From: Nymphaea colorata
Taxonomy: Eukaryota
NCBI RefSeq assembly: GCF_008831285.2
Contig: NC_045138.2
Location: 40,238,001 to 40,302,000 of the forward strand
Direction: 5' to 3'
Length of the DNA stretch: 64,000 bases
This document shows positions 24,871 through 38,293 of the stretch, in pieces; the first letter of the stretch is position 1, and every line of letters begins with the position of its first letter. A program made the position numbers and the translations under genes. The notes below the pieces were generated by a model, which saw only the letters and a program-made list of their open reading frames with translations, was not told where the DNA came from and searched no databases.

Positions 24871-25810
24871 ATAGATATCTACAGGCAAGGCAACAGGACT
24901 TCTTAATTAATGAGGTTTACACCTTTCGATCGAAAGGTGATGGAACTCACTCACCTACAATCCTACATCTATCACCTACATCTACATCGGAGAGAGCGGG
25001 CAACAGAGAGAAAATAGCTCGGCCTTCACTCATTATTTTTCAATTATTATCGTGCTACGCCTCTAATCAATGCATTCCTGCTCATCACTCTGTTGCAATA
25101 ATATTATACATTCTCACGCAAGCACTAACGCACCACCTTTAGACCAGTGAAACGCCGGTTGTCACTCAATGATCGATCGGTCGGTAGGCTTTGCACCTTT
25201 AAATATGTTTCCCCCTCACATGATCTGTCCTCTTCTGATGAAATGAAATGGCCATTTTGGAGGGAACAGTAAGAAACAAGTTGCCCATCAAACTGTTCAA
25301 TCCCTTGTGCAACTACGCCACTTGAGGCAAGCGAGTGGGTTCCATAAACTAATCCGGTCGTCGAAACAATATCATAATCCGATCTTTCATAAACCCAACT
25401 GTCTGCATTCAGTGAATTATATACATTTTTACATTTCCTTGTGATAAATTTGCTGGCTTTGAGGGAAAAACTAAAAAAAAGGCGGTTGACCGAAGTTAGA
25501 CAGAGAAATCTAAATTTTGCACCGGTTGTAATAAATGTGATGAAAGTTCTTCCACGTTCACCAGCTGTCCAATTCCTTTCATGTGAAAGTGATGACTTTG
25601 ATCTTCTGATCTCTCTAGTTATAGATATATTTCAACTGTCAAGCTCGGAAGTGGGGGGCGCATGTGGGCCTGTGTGGGCAATTACTTACACTGTTCAATA
25701 ACATTCATTTATTTACTTATTGGTTGACCTTAAACTTTTACATGTTTATATATAAAATGTGTCAGTGCCCTTCAACCAAAACTAAATATGTCTAATTAGG
25801 CAATGAAGGT

Positions 25811-26063
25811 TAGACGTGGCCATCTTGGGTACCCAGTACTTGGTTCGATCGGGTCTAGGCTCGGCCCCAAAAAACTGACTCAAGCTCTTGGCAATATAAA
25901 AAACCCGAACTTGAGCTTGGCCAGACTTGGCCCAATAAATATAAAACAAAAATAATATAAAAATTAAATTGAGCCCCATCGGGCTTGCTGGGGCGAAAGC
26001 CTGGGCTCGATCAGGCCAAGTACCGAGTACCCGTCCACTACCTGGGCTTGATGCCCAGTCTTA
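25811..26063. mobile_element. MITE, TAAGRCTGGGCATC-terminus family
   Basis: Imperfect TIRs TAGACGTGGCCATC / GATGCCCAGTCTTA with mirrored internal GGTAC...GTACTTGG and CCAAGTAC...GTACCC motifs. Confidence 0.65.
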
Positions 26064-27847
26064 ATTTGATATATTTAACTGAGCCCTTACAAGGGAAAGG
26101 ATTATCTATTTAACTAATATAGGCATTTTGATTATTTTCAACCTACAACACATGGTCTCTGATTAACCTACGCCATAACATGCCCCCGAAACCCATCCAA
26201 CAAGGAAAATGAGAAAAATGAGATCTGTATATATTTGCAACTATAACCAACTGGTTGTCTGCCTATTGAAAATTAATTTTCATAAAAAGGACAATAACAA
26301 TAATTGTATGAACGACGACTGGGTCTTTATTTGCTTGCTCATTGTCAAAAGTAATGTACATGCTAAAAAAGTAGAATGGTTTGCAATAGAAAGTATACAA
26401 TCATGGCCTTATAATTAAGAAACTGTATAGCATTTAATGGTGCTTCTATTAAAAATTGGTACTTTTTTTTCTTATGTATCTTCTCCTGAACCGATCTCAG
26501 ACAAACTCATTATTTAAAGGGTAAAAACCTTGATTAAGAATTAAAAAAAAAATAGAATACTGCTACTGCCGACTACTCAACCCCACGGTCTCTTTTTTAT
26601 TCAAAAGCTCTAGCCAGTCTGGCTGAATACCGCTATACCAACGTCGATCACTGTCAAAATATTTCTGAACCCACTCTTAAATAAGATAAGTTTAATGCTT
26701 AGAAATTAAAATAATTTTAGACACAGTCAAACTTTCCAATCTTTTAGAATCCTAATTATACATTGAAATAAACCCATCCAGGAATAGAAGCACAAAATCT
26801 CAATTCTCAAACTATGCAGATTGCTTCTGCGCCATTTGGAACTTTGAATAGAAAAAAAACCCCACTTAGTGATGGATCTTGATGGTGAAATTGCATCACA
26901 TCAGATCTGTGATCCTTCTGCATTAATGAGTGAACGGTTCCTTCCAACACCAACCAACTCCCAACCATAATGAGAAATATTTTAGTGCAGATTGGTGGGA
27001 AAATTGATAGAATAAGAACTCAATTTCGTCACAGCTACCTGTTTTTTAATCTATGGAAGAAATTCGAAAGATTTGGATTCGATTTTAGTTTATTTTCTGA
27101 ATCATAATGCACAATAATGAGTGGCTATTATATATACCCCCTTTAATTATGGGCAGCTACGTTTCTATATCAGGATCTGGTTGGTGCTGAAAAGGGATCG
27201 GAACAGATAAGATTCGAAGCACAGTAGCTACATTGATTGAAGGGTCTGATTCAACATTGAATCCATGGTTCTACCATACTATGGATTTGATATCAATTCA
27301 TCGGTAGGATTTCAAATCCTCGTTAGAAATCATGATGAATCTAAGATCCTTGGATTTAAGATCTGAAATGTGAAGTAATGAAACGCGCCCAAAGTTGGGT
27401 CAGAACTGGATTTGCATTCCTCCATGCTAGAATGTGATTTGAGCAGAATCCGAAGCGCCAATGAAGGAAAGAAAAATCACAAGGGGCTGACCCGACAACT
27501 ATTAAATCCGGACTCTTCTTACAGATTTGAATTATTGGCTAGTACGTGGCAGCGCATACTTTTTATCATCTCTCTTAGTTTCATTCGCTCAATGTACACA
27601 TGTGTTTAATGTAATCTAAGTAGCACATAAAATAAGTATCCCAATGAAAAATTAATGCTACTCTAAAGTCACCATCAGTAAAAATTTTTTTTCTTTTGAT
27701 ATTTAAAATAAGGTAATCAACTGATCTCAGATCCCATTTCCCATTGTTCCCACTTCCCTCACGTTTGAATGGAAGAATAGTCATTGGAACAACCACCCAA
27801 TTCTCTTTCTCAGATTCTTCTTCTTCTTCTTTTTTTAACCCATGCAC

Positions 27848-27878
<31 letters not shown>

Positions 27879-28471
27879 CTTAAACATATATAACATGGCA
27901 ACTTGTTGCGACTTGCAAAGGATATAGTAACATCTTTCTAGAGAACTTGTCTACTGTAAGGCTGTCAAACCTCTTAGAAATGAAGGTCAAATTACATATC
28001 TGTAAACTAAATTTAACAGAATACAAACCTCAGTGATGGACTGATTGCTTGAGGAAAAATGGAAAGATGAAAATGGAAAAGCTTGAAAGAGGGACGAGAA
28101 TGTAAGTAAACGCTAATGCAGTGAAACTACTTTGGAGCAAACATAGTAATTAAATGCAGTTATGCAGGTGGCTTGGAACTTTATGTTCTCATATATGCCA
28201 ACAACCCTAATTATATGCATCCCATCTTATTATTTCAAGGCTGAGATCGACCAACCAACCATACATTTTGCCTTTCTTGATTTGTGTATATTGCGCGACG
28301 TTAGTCCTTCTTTTGTGAAAATATTGAAACATATATAACTATGTTTACTCCAAACTCTTCTGAAAAAAATATCATTTCCTTAAGGTGCTGTTTGACAGTT
28401 TTGATGAAAATGTGGTTCAAAAACTACAAAATAATATGGTTTCTTTCTTGGATTATAGGTAGCTGGGCCTG

Positions 28472-28473
<2 letters not shown>

Positions 28474-28549
<76 letters not shown>
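28474..28549. repeat. (AT)n microsatellite, about 76 bp
   Basis: Uninterrupted AT dinucleotide run. Confidence 0.98.
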
Positions 28550-28552
<3 letters not shown>

Positions 28553-30011
28553 TAGACATTGGGGAGCAAAGTTTTATGAGGTATGTGTAGATTTGTGTAA
28601 TTATCAAATAATTAGATGGGATTGATAAATAAACTCAATGCCTAAGGTCGCCATCGGTAATTTATTGGCCAATAGATGTCCTTCGACATGTGGAAAGTGA
28701 TTTTGAACAATAAGAAACTTGCAGTCAACAAGAGAAAAAAAAAATTACATTTGCGGGCGCGTCATGCTCCACTAAAAAAATTACGTCCAGCATGTCACCA
28801 CTATCAAGGCTGTTCTTTACAAATCCGAATGTAAAATTAGATTTTGTATGTTCCAAAACACATATAAGAATCAAAAGATGGATACGCGATTTTAATTGTA
28901 TACATAAAATTTCTAATGTTTTTTGAAGTGTGCACTGTACATATCAAAATTCATGATTTGATTGTTGCATTTTTTTGACGTGAAAAAAAGCAGTTACCAA
29001 GTCAGATTTATCAAAAATATGAAAACCTCCTAAAGATCACTACAGTGAGTTGTTCAGCTCAATAAGATTGAAACATGTAATTACTTGCAGTTTGTTACGT
29101 GTATATTAACTTTTTCAAAAAGGTAACTGATGCAAACGAATCACGATAATATTTGTTCATCATTCCAACATCATTTTTGTTCAATTCTTAGTAGCACGCG
29201 GTTTAAATAAATTCTAGTGGTCCTTTCTCATTAATTAATATTTATAAAATATTACTTGTGCATATGAAGAAGTTGACCTAATATTAGATCTCTAAATCTT
29301 TATGCCAACGAGATCACACATCCATGTGGCTAACTAAAAAATTCAAACGCAACAGAAAGTTGGATCTTGGAGTTGAAATTGCACTGCATGGCATCAAGTA
29401 ATTTCTCGATTTTACTTTGACTTTGTATCCTAAGTTAATTTTTTTCATGCATATTCAAATTTTCCTTATTTTGTATTACATGAATTTAAGAAGTAATGAG
29501 AGCACATAAAAAACCACCTTACGTGGGATCCAGTAGTTTCAAGTACTTATGAGTAAGTTAACTGTTACCAATGCCCACAATATCAGACTAAACAAACTCC
29601 TAATATTTTATATATAATTTATGTTGTACAAGTTAAAAAGCAAGGTAATTTGATTTTTTATATTCTTATAAGATCCCATCTAACTTTTCTCTTAACTCAT
29701 TCCTCTTAAGTGTCAGCTTCTACTTTTCACTGTATAAGATAGTCATACCCATAAGAATTAAATAAGTCTTTTATACGTCTACCTAACTGTCCAGCTACAT
29801 CGAGGCATTTTCCTCTCAGTGTTTAACATCTAAGAGAACAAAAAAAATTATTGTATGTTTCACGCTTGCCTGTACATTATTGTCACACACTCTCTCCCTC
29901 GCTGTCTCTGTCTATAAGTACACCTATCCTCTAGTTACAGTTTGCAGCAAACGAGCACTGTGGACCTCCACTGTTGGGGAGACCACGAGAGAAAAGAATC
30001 ACAGAGAGAAA

Positions 30012-33000
30012 ATGGGGAGACAGTCTGCCATGGTGGTGGTGGTGCTTCTGCTGGTGACGATCGAGTGTGTGGTGGGGGTGCAAGACGCTGAGATACTGCA
30101 TGACCCCAAGCTCAGGGAGAGGGCAAGGCGAAACAATATCAGCTGCCTCCTCGTCTTTGGGGACTCCAGCGTAGACCCAGGAAACAACAATGTCCTCAAC
30201 ACCACCTTCAAGGGCAACTTCTTGCCCTACGGCATCGACTTCCTCCACCACCAGCCCACCGGAAGGTTCTGCAATGGCAGACTCACCACCGACTTCATAG
30301 GTACGTACTGTCTCTTCTCCGGCAAAATGGTCCCTTTGTTCTTTCCATTACTTACTCCCCACTTGGCTCATCTTCTTGCTCTCTTTATTGTCACTTTCTT
30401 TTCTGAGAAAATGATTCGTTTACGAGAACATATAACTGGATCTTTGATATGTTTTAGCTTCTTAAACTCGTGGAAGTCTTTGAATCGTGCTTCTTTCGGG
30501 CTGCTTTTCAGTTTCCTTTTCTTTCTTCCTTTGGGTGAATTTGTTGACATCATACGAATCCTGGGCCTGAAGAGCCTTAAGGATGAAGATGGTAGGTATT
30601 TCTGCAGGTTTATGATGCATGCTCATCTTGATTGCGTGGCGTCCGCCATCGCCATCACCACCATCGTTATCACCATCACTTTTATCCAGGACTGAGTAAT
30701 TGGTCCTGTCCAGCCCCTTGTGTTTCTAAGTACTGAACTTGGTATCTGTAATTTAAGTTGTTCCAGTACTTTCTTCAGTCTCAGCAGATCCTTAAGTATG
30801 TCTTGATTTGGTTACTACATCTCTTTAAATTTAGATGTTAGCAACTCAAGGTTAGTTTAAGTTTGTTTTCCTGCTTCAATCTTTGCATTAGAACTCTGTC
30901 AAAGTTATTTAATTTCTTTCACAACAAAAGCGGTTGGAAGCACGTTTCATGTGATACCATGCCCAGTGGTCCAAAGTCGTCACTGCATACTCACAATCTC
31001 GTACCAAGGGAAAATTTTTCAAAGTTGAGTTTTTCTCAGAAAAGAAAAGGAAAAGAACTCATAAGATAATTAAAAAATACAAAAAAAAAAACATAAAGGG
31101 AGGGACTGTTTGGATGACATGTAAAAATTTGGTTTTCACGTGAAAGGCCAGTTTTGTAAACTTGATTTGGATGTTTGGATGACAAGGGAAAAGCTTGGTT
31201 TTGAAGCAAAAATTAGTTTCATACGTGAGGTAAAGTAGGTTTTTCAGATCTTTTACGAAAACTGTGTTTTGCCAAAACTAAGTCTTAACAAAACCCAATT
31301 TTAAATGTCAATTAAACATTTTTGAAATTGTGTTTTAAGGTAAAACCAGGTTTTGTCTTAGTTTTAAGTTGTCTTCCAAACACCCCATAAACAATATAAG
31401 AAAACCTAAAAAACTGATTCTACTTCCACACAATTGTTTTTTCTAAAATATCGTGCTTGCATCGGGTATTTAAATATCACGCGACAAAATGACCCCGTTT
31501 TGGCCAAACAGTCGACATAGACCGTGATGTTCCACACTGTTCCCGAGGAGGAGGAACAACTAAGATCACGTCTTGAAGCACATTTAATTAGCTCTTAATG
31601 AAAGTTCTTCAAATTTCAACCCTCCATGAAGCCAGATAAATTGCAAAAAAGAAAGAAGGGAAGACTCAGATAATTAATGACCCGTCACCGTCAGGGGCAA
31701 CTTTCACTTTCAACGCGACAATCACAAGCCCTATGTGAGTCCGAGAAAGGCCCTCTTTATTGCAGGTGATGAACACACGAATATAAAAGCCTTGGAGTTA
31801 CCATTCAATAGGTCATGAGGTTGGTCAGAGACCAGAGCTGTGCACCCAACTCAACTAGTTGGGTTGCAAGTGATTGATGTTGTTTGTTTGAAGGATTCCT
31901 CTATCGAAATTGATTACTGTGCACCAAAATTTGGTGCACATGTGTGTAGTAATGTCTAAAATACTTTTATTAAACTAGTAAAAAACATCTTAAAAGGATA
32001 AAAATTGTAAAAAAGTAAAAAAAAAATCTAAAATGCCCAGTTTTATTATACAAAATGTTAAAAACGCTCCCATCTCCCTTTTAGTGCATATTTGTTGTGA
32101 ATCAAGGGCCTTCGATCAGGTCGATACTTAATCCCGCCCCTCAGCAGGAGATATATGTCATGCCAGTAGGAGACGAAGACTCAACACTTGTTTGCCCGAA
32201 TAGATTGGTCTTTGCCCTTAATTTCTACGACTGTAAACCCCTGTGGGTTCTGGCGAGACATATTACTCATCATATTTATGAAGTCTGGTGGATTTGAAAG
32301 ATGCCGTGTTTAGTTTAAAAAGGATGATCCCATTTACTGCAGCTGCTGTAAGTAAGCGAAAGGCAGATTTGGGATGTTGTGCCGGAATTATGTAGGCCCG
32401 CGTGGCTCTGACATGGCCTGCCATCCAAGTGTTCGTCTCCCTTTTAAGCAAATGCACTGCCTGTGTCTCTCTGTGTGTGTGAACTAATCCTTCTGTTTCA
32501 GATTGTAGATTGTAGTGCTTATTCTGTTGTTTGTGTGGCTGTTACGGTTAGTCAGCTTCAAGTGGGGAGCAGACTCTGACAGAGTTGTGACTTATCGTTT
32601 CTCATGACAGGCAGATAACTTTTGAGGGATCGCATCAAATTTATGATTTACATTAGTTAAAATCAGTGTTACATTCCCACGATAACTTTGATGTTTTTAC
32701 ACACCAGGCGAGCGATAAAGTCTTCTGGCTTGAATGGCACACTAACCACTCGTTTGGGCCCTGGCCGTTAACTGGTCAAAGGTTTTTCTTTTTAGCACGC
32801 ATCTCGCATTAATGGCCGCCACAACGAACGGCGAAGATGCATTCCTTTTTACTTGTCATGTTAGTAGTAGTGTTTGTGTGCATCTATTAAAAAAATGGTG
32901 AAGTGCTCATAAATGGTACAAGCCCCGTGTCAAATGGAAGGAGCGTAGTGATCAGCTCCACAAATGGCACCTTGCTTGCGCAGTACGAGTCACGATAAGA

Positions 33001-33715
33001 ACATGACAGTTTTCACGTGGCTCACTACTGCGGATGTTCGCCCTTGTCAGCCATGGCGACCCTACGGCCAGGATGCAGGGGCTGTCTCCCTGAGTATTAT
33101 TTCTCCATCACTGTTCAGTGGATCTAGTGAATTCGAAATGCATAATTGGAACGACATGGCTGTCCGCGTGTTCCTTGTTTGCTGTTTTTCTTTGTTTTTG
33201 AGTTCCCAGTCCCTGTACCGGGAGTTAACTGCAAATTCAAAATGCCAGCATAAGGAGCTTCTTCATCGTGGCAAAGAAGTTGCATCTATGTCAAAGTGTT
33301 GTGAAGTTTTTATGAAGTTAAACAGACCTGCGTGCTAGGCATGTTTGCGATATCAGTGTGTGGATAGAACATGCTCTCCATAATTAACTCTTGAGCTTCA
33401 TACCAAGTAACCGAGTTTGTTTCATTTGCAGCTGAGGCCCTCGGCATCAAGTATGCAATACCACCTTTTCTAAAACCTGGACTTCGCAGGGAAGAACTTA
33501 TACATGGCGTCAGTTTTGCATCTGCTGCGTCTGGATACGACGACCTCACCGCGAACCTTACCGTATGCACCTCTCTCTCTCTCTCTTATATATATATATA
33601 TATATATAAACTGAGTGTACGAAAACTGTTTATATATATATATATATATATATAAAAACTGAGTGTATGAAAACTGTTTTTCCATCAAGGTAACCGATGG
33701 TGCACAAGGTGCTAC

Positions 33716-33757
<42 letters not shown>

Positions 33758-35035
33758 GTATGAAAACTGTTTTTCCATCAAGGTAACCGATGGTGCACAA
33801 GGTGCTTGTGCACCATCGCTCTTTCAAAATTAATAACAAGTTACTGTTCATCTTTTCGGGGAAAGTAAGTTTACATATATTATATTGTGAACTATCAATC
33901 AAAGTTAATAGAATGGCTTATGATTAGTTTACTTAATCCTCATGTTTACTTAATTCACAAACACAGACCTAAACTTAAGCATGACATGCATTTAGTGGTT
34001 TAGTAACATGTTCATGGTGGTATGCAGAATGTCCTGCCGATAAGGAAGCAGATTCAATACCTAATGCATTACATGGTTCAACTGAGACAATTTGTAGGAG
34101 AGCAAAAGGAGAGGGAGACGATAAAGAATGCCATAATCGTGATAAGTGCAGGGACTAACGATTTCATTCAAAACTACTTCATTACTCCAGGACGCTCCAA
34201 AGAATTCACAATCGACCAGTACATCGACTTCTTGATCAAGTGCTTGGCGAGGGATATCCAGGTAGTTTCCATTCCCTCACCTCTTCCCCTTTGCCTTAGA
34301 AAGATTCATCGGCCAAATCTCCATTACACCTGCCAACAATAGTGCTCATAGAAGATATCTGTTTGGCTGCATGCTTGAGTAATTCTTACATATGAATTCG
34401 TCCATACATCATGTAACAGGAGATGCATGCCTTGGGAGCAACAAGGTTTGTGGTCGTCGGGGTGCCGCCGCTGGGTTGCATGCCCCTGGTTCAGGCGTTG
34501 CATGGAAAGAATGAATGCGTTGCGGAAATCAATCAGGTGGTTGTGAAATTCAACAACAAGATCAGGCAAAAATTGGACACGGCGAATCTATGGTTGGGTG
34601 CGCAGGCCACAACTACATATGTTGACGCCTATTCCGTCCTTCTAAACGCTATTGCACAGCCTGCCAAATATGGTGAGCGAATTTCACACTTTCAACTATT
34701 AATGGCGCAAAATCCAGTGATCATTCTTTACAGTCTCCATCGATATCCATGACGTTAGATTGAAATCGTTTTTATTTTTCAAAGCATACTTGGCTATTCT
34801 TTATGAGCGATTAGCAGATTTACTAAATGAGGCGTTGCCTCTTGCAGGTTTCTCAGTGTCAACAAAGGGTTGCTGTGGATCAGGTGTGATAGAGTTTGGT
34901 GACACATGCAAGGGACAGAGTACATGCAGTGATCCTTCGAAGTACGTTTTCTGGGATGCCGTGCATCCAAGTGAGAGAATGTATCAAATTATAGCAATAG
35001 AGGCCATAAAACAGGTCAACAAACAAATGATCTAG
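30012..35035 (+). CDS. GDSL esterase/lipase, At5g45950-like. Exons 30012-30300, 33432-33562, 34028-34261, 34420-34672, 34848-35035
   Basis: Signal peptide; LLVFGDSSVDPGNNN; TGRFCNGRL; GVSFASAASGYDDLTANLT; SAGTNDFIQNY; GVPPLGCMP; CCGSG; FWDAVHPSERMY. GT-AG introns in phase. YDDLTAN and VDAYS recall At5g45950. Confidence 0.95.
31102..31386. mobile_element. Tourist/PIF-like MITE in intron 1 of the third GDSL gene
   Basis: TIRs GGGACTGTTTGGATGAC / GTCTTCCAAACACCCC; AAAACC/GGTTTT-rich interior shared with 55457-55722. Confidence 0.7.
33589..33818. repeat. Compound direct/inverted repeat with (TA)n spacers in intron 2 of the third GDSL gene
   Basis: AAACTGAGTGTAYGAAAACTGTT occurs three times forward, with its first 12 nt once inverted; a roughly 57-bp unit is duplicated; a 14-bp perfect stem lies at 33788-33818. 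Confidence 0.9.
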
Positions 35036-38000
35036 AAATTTTTACCTGCATATATGTTATTGTTCTGGTTTGATTCACAAGTTTCCACTGAAATATGCAA
35101 TAATATTGGCAAATGGCAATGCGGTTTTGCCAATTTGTAACATTGCTTGTCTGGAGGTCAAGTCAAGATCGGTAACAAGAATCACATGAATACTAAGGAA
35201 ATGGTGGGATTTTCTTTTCCATGGAGGTATTATCTTTCTATTTGTGATTTTCAACGGAAACGTTGGATGATTCAAGTCAGATTATTGAGTTGATGTATGT
35301 TTAAGGGGAAAAATAACTGAAGCAGACTATAACCATGAGAGCGGGACAGGCACGATTGAAAGTTAGTGCACATGAATCGATCTTGTGCTGTTCAAACTGC
35401 AAAATAGCCTCCAAACATTGAATCAGAAAATCATCCTAATGGAAAATTATGCACATGTTAGATGAAAGTTCATCAGTAAAACTGCGATTACAAGAAAAAG
35501 ATTACCATCATTAATGAACAAGGCAGATGGAAATGAACTTCGCATCATCATCCAAGGAGTTACTGAAGCAACTATGGCTGCGTTTAAGCAGTACTGACCT
35601 CCTGATATGGACCTTGGAGCAGCATGTGGCACATTTTGGTGAAATGTAAATGGAGAAGGTATAATTATCAGAGAAAGACAGAAGAAGCAAAAAGAAGGGA
35701 TTTGGAAAAGTGAAGTCCCATGCCAACCCATGCTTTCCCATATTAAGACTACTAAATCTCACCCTCTTTTGTCCACTCTCGGAAATAGAACTGAACCCTT
35801 CAAAAAGAAATGCTAATTCATATAAGTGAAGAAACATATGTGAACATTGCACATATTGTTGCTTCTAGTTGGAAGCCATGGTAAGAAAAGCTCTTAGGAA
35901 GCCTATGAAGATAGTTATCAGGCAGAAAATTTTCCAAAAATAAACTGAAAATCAGAATGCCATTAACAAAAGTGTATGATCAAGTAGGTACAATCATAAA
36001 AACTGAGGTATAACATTTCAAATCTGAAACTCAAAGAGACAGCAGCATTTAGCCTATCCCATATTGTCTTAGGGATCTGTCAGTTTCTCTTCATACAAAT
36101 GGTTTCCTTTACTAAATGAGAAAACATGTCTTCAGACATCAAAGTAGATTACAAGCGTTAAATTGACCTGAGCAATTGTATCATTGCTGTGTAAAACTTC
36201 ACAATCTTATAAACATTCCGGAGAGAAACAGAGTTATAAATATTGGTCCCTCTCATTTCAGTTCATCAAACGAAATGATAACATCCAAGAAGCCTTCAGT
36301 TTCTCCATCAAGCCCCATGCTATTTGAAAGTAGTAAAAAAAACTTTCTTGTGATTGCACATGAGCAGGTAGACTTTCAACACTTTCTGGCCATCACCATT
36401 ACAAATTAATCATGGATGAGACATGTGCACCTTGTGAATACCCCAAAGATGTGAAGAGCCTTTCCTGTTTGCTATAGTAGTGCTGGGTTACATTCTCTAG
36501 CAATGACCATGCAACAGAAAAAATGGATAGGGATTACATAATTAACTAGCCCAAGTTCCTATACGGTAGGAATTAGATATTTTCTTCATTCATAATCTTT
36601 ATATTTATGTCCGTAACTATATTGTACTTGTGAAAACAGGGAGATAAATATTTGATAATGATGACTACACATTAATAGGTTATCTGAGTAATAAAAACTG
36701 AAAAGCTATGCTTTCTCTGTTTCATTATTCCAAATGTAGCTCTTGAAGGATGAGCCAGAACATGTTATGGCATCATCAAAACAAGAAAATACTGCTTAAG
36801 AACCAACAACATTCCACAACTTGACTTGCACCGAGTAACATACATTTGCCCGTGGTAGTATATCATCATAACCTTTTTTTTTTTAATCTTCGTCACATAT
36901 CATTTACAGATAAAAACACATAGTTCAAGACTTAGCAAGTTCTCAGCCAATAAAAGAGAAATATAAGGCAAAAGAATTCAAAGTTCCATAATCCCATTAA
37001 ATCATCTCTGATTATGCCTATGCTGGAATAGGAGCAATAATGTCTGGCTGCAGACAAACAGAAGTTAGATGATTAACCTCATGAATAGTAACACAATTCC
37101 ATTGAACTAGAGATCAACTATATAGAACACAGACATCCAGACTGCTAGTTCTGAGGATTTTCAAAATAATGGGCTTGCACACGGTAAAAAATAACACCCG
37201 AACTGATGTTCCACAGTAGAAAACAAAAAATTTGGAGGCATCTCCATCAACTTCCTGCCACACAAACCATACTTTCCAGGAAACAGGTAGCATTTCCATG
37301 GCAACCTCTTTCACCTTAATTAGGCTTCTCAAACATATGAAGGTAGATATTTCAGTTGGAACCGCTTTGCCACAGTCAAGTCCTCAATGCACCACCCTTT
37401 CAGTGGATTAACTTACTTCACTCTCTTTCTCACCACCAGAGTGTCGCAAACAACCATAACCATAAACTTTTTCCTAGGTAGTTCACAAACATGAGGTCAT
37501 CCCTATCAACTACTGATCCCAAAATATTGCTAGCTCTTCTAAGAACATATAAAGTGAATGACCTGCAGCATTAGTATTAAAGGTCAATGGACTGTATAAA
37601 AATGAAATTGTAAACTCATCCCTGCATCATGCATCTAAAAAGACAGATGACTCCCACACAGTAACAATGTGAAAGGTGGAAAGAGCCCAATTTTTGATGT
37701 CCAAAAACCCAGTTGCATGAAAAAAGGAAAGAAATAGATTGCATAATTGAGTTCAGTGACTAATTTTAAATGACAAAAAATTCTCAAAAAAGAAAAATGA
37801 GGAAAAAACTAGAATCAGTTAGTGTCTGCCATTTATCTAAAAGGAGCATTTTGGTAATCAAAGATCAACTAGCCAACTTGCTACAATAACTGCCCTAGGA
37901 ATCACTGCAACTCAAAATAATTCAGAATACAGCAGGAAAGGTAGGTCCAGTCATCAGCTTTATTTGGAGAAACTAAATGGTTCTTGCTGAAAGGGATCCC

Positions 38001-38293
38001 AAATGTCCGATATGCACTACAAACCAAAGTTACCCACAAAATGGACGGTTTCATAAAGGAGGCCAATTGATCTGGTTTATGTCACCAACAGCTGTTGATA
38101 GATGCTAATGCTTATCAAACAAAGGATACATCCTTTATATCAAGAAAATTGCAGAAGTTGAAAAAGGACCTGACCAAAAGTATCTATATACCAGTATAAA
38201 CATTTCAATCTAATAAAGCTGAGCACCAATGGAATTGGCCAAGACACCAAAATGAAAAATCATGACAATGTAAGCTCGGAAATACATCCTTGT

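Noticed and set aside
28341..28625. ORFs with IYIYIY runs on both strands
   Set aside because: Translation of the (AT)n microsatellite.
32452..32472. ATGCACTGCCT, identical to the 5' half of miR408
   Set aside because: Only 11 nt match, the 3' half diverges and no hairpin was seen.
33589..33818. Repeat-spacer pattern superficially like a CRISPR array
   Set aside because: Eukaryotic intron; the spacers are (TA)n microsatellites and no cas genes are present.
35447..37332. Short minus-strand ORFs downstream of the GII-beta-like stop codon as possible MRH/HDEL exons
   Set aside because: No MRH cysteine pattern or HDEL recognisable; exon 5 closes with an in-frame stop at 38294.
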